Assembly (NCBI GenBank): GCA_002269645.1
Contig: NIVC01004215.1
Location: 1-54,551 of the forward strand
DNA from: Macrostomum lignano
Taxonomy: Eukaryota
Reading direction: 5' to 3'
DNA length: 54,551 nucleotides
Shown: positions 11,035-22,602 of the stretch, piece by piece
Numbering within the stretch: position 1 is the first letter of the stretch
How the letters are laid out: each line of letters opens with the position of its first letter
Notes under the pieces: generated by a model
Seen by the model: only the letters and a program-made list of their open reading frames with translations
Databases searched by the model: none
Told to the model about the DNA's origin: nothing
Translations under genes and position numbers: made by a program

Positions 11035-11672
11035 AGCTATTGCGCGGCGCATCTGAAAGCTGCGTACGGCTGTTCAGTCCAAGGACTGGGAGGTCACCAC
11101 ACACAGCCTCAATTACCCCAGCTAATGCTGGTGCCTTGGTTTGCTCTGAGGCGTGCCTTTGAGCAGACCAGCTTTAGTACCCCCGGGGGTTGGTTTTGGG
11201 CCTTTGTGCGTGCGCAGGGTCGGCGTGGGGGGGGGGGTTGTGCGTTGTGTGTCTCTATACCCTCCTTTGTGCAGCGGCCCTCCCCCCTCCGCCTGCTGAG
11301 GGTTTTTTATGCCCGGTTTCGCAGGAGCTCCTGCGTTCTCGCTCTCGCTAACCTTAGTCGATTTTTTAATTTTTCTTCGGTTTTTATTCGGCTGTTAATG
11401 CCGTGTTCGTCACCAAATATACAAGCTTTCGAGCCGTGTTGGAGGCCGTTGCTTCGCCTCTGTGTTCTCGCCAACCTCGGTGTTACTCTGTTTCTCTGGT
11501 TTCCTTCCGGGCCGGGTACTAACACCCATTCTACAGCTGGGTGAACTGAAGCAATGCAGAGTTAGGACACCTAACTCTGCACGAAACATTGTTCCGAGTG
11601 GTGGATGATTAAAAAACGAACCCCCGACCTTCTTTTCGAGAGTTCGACGCTCTAACTATTAGGCCACAACCC
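11035..11672 (-). mobile_element. tRNA-head CORE-like SINE interrupted by a ~390-bp insert
   Basis: Reverse complement of the SINEs at 41915 and 53049; the native junction GCTGG|CACCCATT is split by 11130-11522. Confidence 0.75.
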
Positions 11673-11726
11673 CTGTCACAAATATTCATGAAAATCACTA
11701 CGTATATAATCCACAATTTATTTAGC

Positions 11727-11845
11727 ACCGAGCCCTGGATGGAAATTCACTAACTAGCACTACTGAGGACACTCGCGCACTCACACGAATCTGGAGAATG
11801 GCTGGTGAATGGACCAAGACTCAAAAGCTGGCTTACATGAAGGAT
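11727..11845 (+). pseudogene. Decayed fragment of an F-type lectin B exon
   Basis: GAGCCCTGGATGGAAA...GGACACTCGCGCACTCACACGAATCTGGAGAATGGCTGGTGAATGG..CAAGACTCAAAAGCTGGCTTACATGAAGGA matches the B exons with stops and indels. Confidence 0.75.
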
Positions 11846-11959
11846 TTATGCCATTAGTAAAGAATCATATGGAAGTTGTGATATCATCAATGTAACTAAG
11901 TTGTGCTTTCACAGTAGGAATACCGAGAATTCTTTTGCAAGAAAGTCAGAACTGATGCA

Positions 11960-12145
11960 GACAGGTGTGGTAGGAGGTGCTGATTAGCGCAAAGGAGTGT
12001 ATTAAATACACCTATAGAGCTTACGGGAAAAATCAGACCTTCTGGCAGAATTGTTGAACATCTCGACTTGATTTTTGGTTTAGAAGGTGCGCAAATAAAA
12101 ATACAGCCCCGTGTTTCTGAATTTCCTGTGCCAGCGTTGCTTTTG
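11960..12145 (-). mobile_element. Older diverged fragment of the 6080/53823 repeat family
   Basis: GTGCTGATTAGCGCA, CCTTCTGGCAGAATTGTTGAACATCTCGAC and AAGGTGCGCA motifs are shared with 6365-6540. Confidence 0.6.
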
Positions 12146-12729
12146 TAGTTCTACTATTAAAATACTATTAAATAAATACAATATAGCCAGTATGTTTATA
12201 GTGACACAAATAATATATTATATAATAAAGATTTTGTCCTGTCATGGATTAACTTTGTATTTATTTCGGAAGACCAAACAACAACCAGAGATAACACAAA
12301 GTACTTAAATACAATAGAAAAATAGCATTGAAGATTTATTATCAGTATTCATCATAAATCCTAGACCATTAAGTGCTGTGTCATTAAAATTTCAGCTGTG
12401 AATATTATGTCTAGATATATTAGGGTTCAACCCATAGAAATAAAGGAAGAAAATTCTAACAAACAATTATACCAGGCACAGGGCACAACAATAAAAACAT
12501 GGGAGATTCAAACCACCAAAAAAGTCGAAGCAATTTAAACTTTAAAGAAATAATAGATAATGAATTCAAAGCAAATTGCATACTGTAAATCTCGCTAGTT
12601 AAAAGTCACTCATTATCAAGCCAAAAAATCTGACAAAATTTGTTAGAAAAAAACTTCAATTGATATTTTCAAAGTTTATTCTTTCTATAATTACTTTGTT
12701 CACTGGGGTGACGTGTCATACTTGTCGAA

Positions 12730-13200
12730 TCCAAAATGTCATTTTGGCTCTAGGGAAGTTCAACTTCAGGACGCCATTTTGACTCTAGGGAAGTTCAAAT
12801 CCAAGATGCTATTTTGACTCTAGGGAAGTTTAAAACCAAAATGTCATTTTGACTCTAGGGAAGTTCAAATCCAAGATGCCATTTTGACTCTAGGGAAGTT
12901 TAAATCCAAGATGCCATTTTGACTCTAGGAAAGTTTAAATCCAAGATGCCATTTTGACTCTAGGGAAGTTTAAATCCAAGATGCCATTTTGACTCTAGGG
13001 AAGTTTAAATCCAAGATGCCATTTTGACTCTAGGGAAGTTTAAATCCAAGATGCCATTTTGACTCTAGGGAAGTTTAAATCCAAGATGCCATTTTGACTC
13101 TAGGGAAGTTTAAATCCAAGATGCTATTTTGACTCTAGGGAAGTTTAAAACCAAAATGCCATTTTGACTCTAGGGAAGTTCAAATCCAAGATGCCATTTT
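12730..13200. repeat. 35-bp minisatellite (CCATTTTGACTCTAGGGAAGTTTAAATCCAAGATG)n
   Basis: About 13 tandem units downstream of the GGT stop codon. Confidence 0.95.
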
Positions 13201-13371
13201 ACGCTAGTCAAACAGTTAGGTCAAATGTTGGAATTAAAGTTTATTATAACAGAAAAAAAACGCACAAAAACCTCGGGAAATTAAAAATAAATATTTGTGA
13301 TCAACACACACACGTTGATACGTAGAAGATAATTGATTAATTGATTAAATGGACACGCAACTCCCTTCAAT

Positions 13372-16300
13372 TTAGGAGCTGCCACTCTGCGGCAGGAGAG
13401 CAGCTACGGCACCAGATCGAGGGAGGTCGCTATCAGCAGCCAAGCTGTACATGTCCATGGCAACTAGCTGGGCTCGAGCCAGTCCGTTAGGCTGTACAAC
13501 TAATTTATGCCCCATAGCGGTGAGCATCTTGCCAATATCGGTTGGTAAGCGGCTTTCGGATTCCAGCACCGGATGGTCGGGCGGCAGCAGCGGATTCACT
13601 CTGGGCGCTTTGTCGGTCGATGCCAAAGGCAGGCAGGGCTGTCGTTTCGAGTCCTTTCGACGGCTGCTCACAACGTGCGGGCACACGCTGGTGTCGGCGG
13701 AGAGGTCCGACAGTCTGTGTGAAAAGGTGATTAGCACTTTTTTATAGACAAGGAAAAGGCTGCGCTACGTAAGGTTCAGAGAACTGTTGCGTTTTCAGAA
13801 GATAGAGAGCGATTGTCAAGGAGGCGAGTAGGATTATCCGGAATGGGATCTTTGAGTAGGATTACCAGGTAGGGGATATTTGAGTAGGATTATCAGGTAG
13901 GGAATCTTGAGTAGGATTATCAGGGAGGGGATCTTGAGTAGGATTATCAGGGAGGGGATATTTGAGTAGGATTATCAGGGAGGGGATCTTGAGTAGGATT
14001 CTCAGGGAGGGGATCTTTGAGTAGGATTATCAGGGAGGGGATCTTGAGTAGGATTATCAGGGAGGGGATATTTGAGTAGGATTATCAGGGAGGGGATCTT
14101 GAGTAGGATTCTCAGGGAGGGGATCTTTGAGTAGGATTATCAGGTAGGGAATCTTGAGTAGGATTATCAGGGAGGGGATATTTGAGTAGGATTATCAGGG
14201 AGGGGATCTTGAGTAGGATTCTCAGGGAGGGGATCTTTAAGTAGGATTATCAGGTAGGGAATCTTGAGTAGGATTATCAGAGAGGGGATATTTGAGTAGG
14301 ATTCTCAGGGAGGGGATCTTTTAGTATGATTATCAGGTAGGGAATCTTGAGTAGGATTATCAGGGAGGGGATCTTGAGGAGGACTATCAGGGAGGGGATC
14401 TTGAGTAGGATTATCATGTAGGGAATCTTGAGTAGGATTATCAGGGAGGGGATCTTGAGTAGGATTCTCAGGGAGGGGATCTTTGAGTAGGATTATCAGA
14501 GAGAGGATCTTGAGGAGGATTATCAGGGAGGGGATATTTGAGTAGGATTCTCAGGGAGGGGATATTTGAGTAGGATATCAGGTAGGGAATCTTGAGTAGG
14601 ATTATCAGGGAGGGGATCTTGAGTAGGATTATCAGGGAGGGGATCTTTGAGTAGGATTATCAGGTAGGGAATCTTGAGTAGGATTATCAGGGAGGGGATC
14701 TTGAGTAGGATTATCAGGTAGGGAATCTTGAGTAGGATTATTAGGGAGGGGATCTTGAGTAGGATTATCAGGGAGGGGATCTTGAGTAGGATTCTCAGGG
14801 AGGGGATCTTTGAGTAGGATTATCAGGTAGGGAATCTTGAGTAGGATTATCAGGGAGGGGATCTTGAGTAGGATTATCAGGTAGGGAATCTTGAGTAGGA
14901 TTCTCAGGGAGAGGATCTTAAGTAGGATTTTCAGGTAGGGGATCTTGAGTAGGATTCTCGGGAAGGAGAACTTTAAGTACGATGCTCATAAAGGGGTATA
15001 AAGAGGATTATTAAAGAATCTGAAGGCCCCTAACCTGGCAGCCAACCAAGCGGTAACGCTGGGCACAGCGGTGCTATTTGAGGCGCCAAAGGCGAATCTC
15101 AGGCCGCATCGTTGACGCGGATTGAAGGCGAACGATGGCGACATTAGCGTGGCCGGCCGTCTGCCACCGGCCGGTGCGTTGCTATGGTTACCAGCGGAGC
15201 CGCCGGACAGATCGAAATTAGCCAGCGCATTGTTAAGCAAGATGCCATTAGGCGAGGTGGTCAAACCGGCGGCGAACGGCGTGTTAATACTCGTCTCCAT
15301 GGATACGTATAGTTCGTCGTTGTCAACGGCAACCAGGCTAGAGCTGGCCTGCAGCGGGCGATTCGGCTGAGGCCACGGCTGCTCGGCGTAGGCAGTCGAA
15401 TTGTCGGCGTTGAATACGCGATTGTCGGCAATTCGACTTCGAAGTCGGTCGGCGTAAGCGGGCGTCGACAGGTCGGCGGCGAGGGCGGTAGAGGACTCGC
15501 CGATGGATTGTACAGCGCCGAGGGCGAATTTGGCAGCTTCGGCGAACCGATGGAGCAGAAGGCCGGTGGAATTGGACAAGTCGTTGCTGGATGCTGGAAG
15601 TAAGGGTGATGAGGGGGGGAGGTATTCGATAGCCCTCGGGTCCTTTGTAACTTTACAATAGCAATCTGGCCCTCTCAAGGTTTGTCTCTCCTCACGGGGG
15701 GGGGCGTCGCCATGGATTCTATGGTAGAGGGGGGGGGACAAAGCCAAGAGTTTTGCATGTACATGACTAAATTTCTACGTTTATTATTTTCAGAATCGGG
15801 GCACTCATTTTGGCGCCGCAGGCACTCATTTTAGCGCCGCAGGCACTCATTTTAGCGCCGCAGGCACTCATTTTAGCGCCACAGGCACTCATTTTAGCGC
15901 CGCAGGCACTCATTTTAGCGCCGCAGACACTCATTTTAGCGCCGCAGACACTCATTTTAGCGCCGCGGGCACTCATTTTAGCGCCGCAGGCACTCATTTT
16001 AGCGCCGCAGGCACTCATTTTAGCGCCGCAGGCACTCATTTTAGCGCCGCAGGCACTCATTTTAGCGCCACAGGCACTCATTTTAGCGCCGCAGGCACTC
16101 ATTTTAGCGCCGCAGACACTCATTTTAGCGCCGCAGACACTCATTTTAGCGCCGCGGGCACTCATTTTAGCGCCGCAGGCACTCATTTTAGCGCCGCAGG
16201 CACTCATTTTAGCGCCGCAGGCACTCATTTTAGCGCCGCAGGCACTCATTTTAGCGCCACAGGCACTCATTTTAGCGCCGCAGGCACTCATTTTAGTGCC

Positions 16301-18222
16301 GCAGGCACTCATTTTAGCGCCGCAGGCACTCATTTTAGTGCCGCAGGCACTCATTTTAGCGCCGCAGGCACTCATTTTAGCGCCGCAGGCACTCATTTTA
16401 GTGCCGCAGACACTCATTTTAGCGCCGCAGGCACTCATTTTAGCGCCGCAGGTACTCATTTTGGCGCCGCAGGCACTCATTTTAGCGCCGCAGACACTCA
16501 TTTTAGCGCCGCAGGCACTCATTTTAGCGCCGCAGCCACTCATTTTAGCGCCACAGGCACTCATTTTAGCGCCGCAGCCACTCATTTTAGCGCCACAGGC
16601 ACTCATTTTAGCGCCACAGGCACTCATTTTAGCGCCACAGGCACTCATTTGTTGTCGCCCTAAAGCAAAATATTGATTTCGCTAACAGGTCAACAAAGGT
16701 GGGGACTAACCCGGATATCCGGCCAACACTTGGGCCAGCAGCAGAGTGTAGGCGCCGCCAGAAGAAGGCGGAGGAAAAGTTCTAATGGTAAAATTGCGGT
16801 AGTGCCCAACCAGAGCGGTTCGCTCCTGCACTTTGTAGCCGGTCAGATCCGCCTGGGCCAGAAAGCCGCCATTGTCAGACGAAGTGGACAGCAGCTGGGC
16901 GGACAGACTGCCGCTGTACATTGCATTGGCGCCTTGGTCCCGTAGAAATTTCAAAGCGCCAGCAAGCTCAGGCATGGTGATCAGGGTGCCAGTTGGCTTG
17001 GGAGCTCCGCTAGGTGTCAGGTACACGCGCTTTAACAAAGGATTGCCGGCTAAACGGGCCGCATTGTTCGCCACTAATAGGTGAACATCGGCCGGCATGT
17101 GAAAGCCGCTTGTTGCCAGGCGAATCGCCGGAGCAAATAGGCTGGACCATTTCAGCCGGCCGAACCGCCTTGATGGGGGAAAGAAGAGGGCTAATAAATA
17201 CGGCGTTGACAGACGAGCGGCATAGCAACCAGACTAGAAACACCATAGCAACCAGACTAGAAACACCATAGCAACCAGACTAGAAACACTATAGCAACCA
17301 GACTAGAAACACAATAGCAACCAGACTAGAAACACCATAGCAACCAGACTAGAAACACCATAGCAACCAGACTAGAAACACCATAGCAACCAGACTAGAA
17401 ACACCATAGCAACCAGAATAGAAACACCATTGCAACCAGACTAGAAACACCATAGCAACCAGACTAGAAACACCATAGCAACCAGACTAGAAACACCATA
17501 GCAACCAGAATAGAAACACCATTGCAACCAGACTAGAAACACCATAGCAACGACATAGAAACAGCATAGCAAGTGGCGAAACACCATAAAACCCACATAG
17601 CAACGGCATAGTAACAACAAAAAACTCACTTATGCGCCACCTCTAAACCGCGCGCAAAGCCGGGCACGCCAGCACCAAGCGCAGATTTCAACGCTCTGGA
17701 CTCGCCGCCAGCCGCTGCAAACGATTTCGCGGTGACGGTGGCTGGCGCAGTTTCTAAGAAATCAAACAAAGTAGTCTTGTCCGCCCGATGACTGTGCACC
17801 AGCATGAGGCCTCCGCCGCCCAGACCAGTGATTGGATATTGTATAACGGCATTGCATAGAGCGGCGGCAACAGCTGCATCAACAGCGCTACCACCGTTGG
17901 TGAGCATCTCAAGGCCGCATTTTCCCGATTCGGTTGTGTCGGCGGCCACCGCGCCAAGTCGTTGAACTTGCGGCTCGCCGAATATTATGGTCAGAATGAG
18001 AGCCAAGGTCACTGCGGCGCTGAATATCACAGAGACTAATACGATTAGTGTCATGCCGCGCGGCGGGGGGCAGCGCAATTTTCGTTGCAATGGAGACGAG
18101 CTGGCCGGCTTGTCTGCTGACGACGGCTCATCAGCGCCGATAGCGGCAGCGCCTGCGGCGTTGTTCGGATCGGCGCCTTCGTCGGTCTGGTTCACCAGAT
18201 TTGTTTTGTCACCTTCGCTCAT
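13372..18222 (-). CDS. Gamma-glutamyltranspeptidase / glutathione hydrolase, GGT7-like (~650 aa); exons 18222-17630, 17168-16711, 15593-15035, 13714-13372
   Basis: N-terminal acidic tail + TM anchor; GAVAAD...GLEML..GGSAVDAAVAAALC, GLGGGG.MLV, DF.ETAP, GVPG..RGL..AHKRFGRL.W..LFAPAIRLA..GF, GILLNN, GRRP...MSP, RCG..FAFGA. Exon phases (2,1,2) join into one 1953-nt ORF. Confidence 0.9.
13810..14960. repeat. 27-bp G-rich minisatellite (GAGTAGGATTATCAGGGAGGGGATCTT)n in GGT intron 3
   Basis: About 40 tandem units with recurring variants. Confidence 0.95.
15795..16648. repeat. 21-bp minisatellite (GCGCCGCAGGCACTCATTTTA)n in GGT intron 2
   Basis: About 40 units; produces the artefactual MSACGAK/APQALIL ORFs. 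Confidence 0.95.
17221..17620. repeat. 23-bp minisatellite (CATAGCAACCAGACTAGAAACAC)n in GGT intron 1
   Basis: Tandem units decaying toward the exon-1 donor. Confidence 0.95.
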
Positions 18223-18284
18223 GCTTGCGGGCTGGCGATTGGCTGAAGTGCGCATGCATAAAAACGGTCAGATTCTTATTGAGG

Positions 18285-19015
18285 TTGCTGAGTCTGATTC
18301 TAAAGGTGCTGAGGCCGATTCTAAAGGTGCTGAGTCCGATTCTAAAGGTGCTGAGTCCGATTCTAAAGGTGCTGAGGCCGATTCTAAAGGTGCTGAGGCC
18401 GATTCTAAAGGTGCTGAGTCCGATTCTAAAGGTGCTGAGTCTGATTCTAAAGGTGCTGAGGCCGATTCTAAAGGTGCTGAGTCCGATTCTAAAGGTGCTG
18501 AGTCTGATTCTAAAGGTGCTGAGTCTGATTCTAAAGGTGCTGAGTCTGATTCTAAAGGTGCTGAGTCCGATTCTAAAGGTGCTGAGTCCGATTCTAAAGG
18601 TGCTGAGGCCGATTCTAAAGGTGCTGAGGCCGATTCTAAAGGTGCTGAGGCCGATTCTAAAGGTGCTGAGGCCGATTCTAAAGGTGCTGAGTCCGATTCT
18701 AAAGGTGCTGAGTCCGATTCTAAAGGTGCTGAGTCTGATTCTAAAGGTGCTGAGTCTGATTCTAAAGGTGCTGAGTCCGATTCTAAAGGTGCTGAGTCCG
18801 ATTCTAAAGGTGCTGAGGCCGATTCTAAAGGTGCTGAGGCCGATTCTAAAGGTGCTGAGGCCGATTCTAAAGGTGCTGAGGCCGATTCTAAAGGTGCTGA
18901 GTCCGATTCTAAAGGTGCTGAGTCTGATTCTAAAGGTGCTGAGGCCGATTCTAAAGGTGCTGAGTCCGATTCTAAAGGTGCTGAGTCTGATTCTAAAGGT
19001 GCTGAGTCTGATTCT
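18285..19015. repeat. 21-bp minisatellite (GCTGAGTCCGATTCTAAAGGT)n upstream of the GGT ATG (probable 5'UTR intron)
   Basis: 35 units by the ORF translation; minus-strand acceptor CACTTCAG at ~18243-18250 lies just before the ATG. Confidence 0.92.
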
Positions 19016-19019
19016 TAAA

Positions 19020-19135
19020 GAGATTTGAATCTGATTCTCAATGAGATTTGACTCTGATTCTCAATGAGATTTGACTATGATTTTAATTGAGATTTGAGCC
19101 AGATTCTCAATGAGATTTGACTCCAGATTCTCAAT
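19020..19135. repeat. 23-bp short array (GAGATTTGACTCTGATTCTCAAT)n
   Basis: About 5 units adjoining the 21-bp array and sharing the CTGATTCT core. Confidence 0.8.
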
Positions 19136-20149
19136 GGGGCTCATATTTACCAGCTATTATTTGTGTCTAAGACACTAGCGCCCTTAAGGTACTTAAAACT
19201 TAAACAATATACATTGAAAACAAACAGTTTAAAAAATAAAAGTCTGAGACAGAGGAAACAGTGATTTTGAAAATGATTGGCATATCAAGTTGATCAAATT
19301 GGTTTACTTCCGTTCAAAAAATACACACAGCGCTCACAGACTTTCAGTTATTAACGCTTGCTACTAGATTAACTAAAACGGACTCAAACGCAGTATTAAA
19401 AGAGAAAATTTTATTAACGTTTGATTTGACAGATTAACATGACAGATTGAAAACAGTTCGCAGGAATCAATGACATCATCAGGCATAATAAAGAATAAAG
19501 ATTGACTTTTAAATGATTCATTATCAGTATCATTACTATAGCAATATTAGATAGCAAAGTACGACTTCTCTTATTCAAGAATTAGGACAAATTTCGACAA
19601 TATTTATATAGGCAAAAATAAACTATAAAGATTAACTATATTATTAAATATAGAACATTGAAATCAGACTGACAGAATTCATGAGACGGGAAAATAAAGC
19701 AACAATATCGTATACTACTGATAGTAGCTTAAACAACTGGTCAAATAAGAAACGCATATTGGAATTGTTTTATTGTTTTTTTTATAAGCGCGCAGAAAAT
19801 CAAATTGCACGACAAAAGCGGTGATAGACAAATACAATTAGATTCAGTAGCATGGATTTTTATAGGAAAATATAGCTGGTATAAGAACCACTACCTGAAT
19901 TTTTTCTTTGTCAAAGGAATCTAAAAAGCTTTACCGTTTCTTTGAAAAATAAACATTCAGGCAATTTAAGTTAACTGACCTTAGTTTGAGATAAGTTTTT
20001 TTTCATTTGTATGGTTTTTATATGTAGTATTAGTAATACAAACAGTAGCTGCCTCAAAGATTAGTGAGGAAAAGCATTATTTAAAAAAACTATTATTCTT
20101 TTGCTACGCCAACCAAAAATTTTATTTACCCAAAAGCGAGTGCGGACAT

Positions 20150-20690
20150 TGCAGAATGGGTGGGTGGCTCACAATTTCTAGGGCCAAGTGCATGCATACA
20201 TTGCCGAGAGAATGGGGTGGGTGGCCCAGGCTCTCTACGGCCGAGTGCGTACACTGCCGAGAGAATAGGGTGGGTGGCTCAGCCTATCTACATTGCCGAG
20301 AGAATGGGGTGGGTGGCTCAGCCTATCTAGGGGCGAGTGCGTACACTGCCGAGAGAATGGGGTGGGTGGCTCAGCCTATCTACATTGCCGAGAGAATGGG
20401 GTGGGTGGCTCAGCCTATCTACATTGCCGAGAGAATGGGGTGGGTGGCTCAGCCTATCTACATTGCCGAGAGAATGGGGTGGGTGGCTCAGCCTATCTAG
20501 GGTCGAGTGCGTACACTGCCAAGAGAATGGGGTGGGTGGCTCAGCCTATCTACATTGCCGAGAGAATGGGGTGGGTGGCTCAGGCTTTCTACACTGCCGA
20601 GAATATGGGGTGGGTGGCTCAGCCTATCTAGGGTCGAGTGCGTACACTGCCGAGAGAATGGGGTGGGTGGCTCAGCCTATCTGGGGTGGG
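20150..20690. repeat. 39-bp G-rich minisatellite (CATTGCCGAGAGAATGGGGTGGGTGGCTCAGCCTATCTA)n with a longer variant
   Basis: About 11 tandem units. Confidence 0.92.
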
Positions 20691-21834
20691 TGTCTTGGGC
20701 TCATTTTAGGGAAAATGGGGTACGACGCACTATAATTTAGTCTGCTAGCATCAGTGACAGACGCCAAACCACTATTTGATATTTACTGTTTCCAAGCATT
20801 TCTCCAATTATTAAGAAGCAATAAAGAAAACTTTGGACTAAACTATTACTGTCAGCAAGAGATAGAACTACATTCCAACAGTATTAAAGTACTGTCTTCT
20901 AAAAATAAATAGTTAAATCCATTCTAGAACTGTCACAAACATTAGTCAATAAATCACTTGTCAACTAATAATGATGAAAATGAAAAGTTAGGAGATTAGA
21001 TCAAAGGTGAGACTGATTCCTAAAAACACTTCTAATTCAATATTCCAAACAAGAGAGAAAAGATATGACATTTTTTTTAGAAAAAAAACAAAAAATCTAG
21101 GATGTGACTAAGCAGCATTGCACTTGCGCAGCAAAGACAGAGGCGGCCCATTTTAGAAAAAAATATGAATAATAATAACTAGAGGGACATCTTTATATAG
21201 AAATACAGTTAAACGGATATATTAAGTTAACACGATTGCGTAAAATGTGCAATTTTTTTGGTTAAAAATGAGAAAACAACAAAAAGCAAGTATAATAAAT
21301 AAAAATTTCATGCAACCACATCACATGTCAGTTAATTTAAATTCTCTGACAAAGCAGTTGAGTAATAAACTTTAAAAAGTTATTTAAGTTAAAAATTTCA
21401 AAGAGAAACCAGCAACTTTAATTATCTAAGTACTCGAGAATACGTTTAAATTGCAATCGATATAACAAAAGAACAATTAACGAAACACTGATTTCAGCAG
21501 TAAAATGAATAAAGAAAAAGAAAATTGTTCCGCTTTGCTACTGTAAGTAGAAACTTAAGATTTTTTTTAGTTAGGACCGTTTTTAATAAATAGCTGCGGC
21601 TACTCGTAGAAGTTAAAGAAACGAATTTTTAGCAGGCTCTTATTATAATAGACTGAGCAGAATGGTGACATGAAGCACGAAAATTTATAAAAGATAGATT
21701 GACTACTAATTGTATTAAGCAGTAGCACACAGTACACACAAGATTCACAAATAAAAAACTGGAAAGTTACATTGAGGTGCTACTTTAGTTGCTCATTTAA
21801 AGGTAAACTTTAGATTCTGGATATGGCAATGGGA

Positions 21835-22350
21835 GGCTGGTGGCCCAGCAATTGAGGATCTGGCAGGCTGGAACAGCAATTGAGGATCTGAGAGGCTGGT
21901 CCAGCAACTGAGGATCTGAGAGGCTGGCCCAGCAACTGAGGATCTGAGAGGCTGGCCCAGCAACTGAGGATCTGAGAGGCTGGCCCAGCAACTGAGGATC
22001 TGAGAGGCTGGCCCAGAAACTGACGATCTGAGAGGCTGGCCCAGCAACTGAGGATCTGAGAGGCTGGCCCAGCAACTGAGGATCTGAGAGGCTGGCCCAG
22101 CAACTGAGGATCTGAGAGGCTGGCCCAGCAACTGAGGATCTGAGAGGCTGGCCCAGCAACTGAGGATCTGAGAGGCTGGCCCAGCAACTGAGGATCTGAG
22201 AGGCTGGCCCAGCAACTGAGGATCTGAGAGGCTGGCCCAGCAACTGAGGATCTGAGAGGCTGGCCCAGCAACTGAGGATCTGGGAGGCTGGCCCAGCAAC
22301 TGAGGATCTGGGAGGCTGGCCCAGCAACTGTCACTCTGGGAGGCTGGTGA
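21835..22350. repeat. 28-bp minisatellite (GAGGATCTGAGAGGCTGGCCCAGCAACT)n
   Basis: About 18 near-identical units. Confidence 0.95.
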
Positions 22351-22602
22351 TAATTATGATATAAAATTAATAGACAAATTCAAATTGAAATACGTGTAAA
22401 CAGAAAAACTATAAATATAGCATTAATCTAGCTATTACTAAATAAAATTCATATATATACGTGCATCTGTAAATAGAAACCAAGCTATAGGACACATTAT
22501 TATAAGAAAGAAAGAATTTTTTTATAAATAAAGTTAAGCTTTTAGACGGTTATCTGGCTTAGAAAAGAAATGGATAAATATATAAAAATCCTCAGATTTT
22601 AT

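Noticed and set aside
15767-16676. 293/288-aa repetitive ORFs (MSACGAK, APQALIL)
   Set aside because: Translations of a 21-bp intronic minisatellite between GGT exons, open in several frames.
13372-18222. Bacterial or HGT origin of the GGT
   Set aside because: Three spliceosomal introns, a type-II TM anchor and GGT7-like motifs.
17987-19028. 343-aa AESDSKG repeat ORF resembling a phosphoprotein or adhesive
   Set aside because: Antisense to GGT exon 1 plus a 21-bp array; no plus-strand gene structure.
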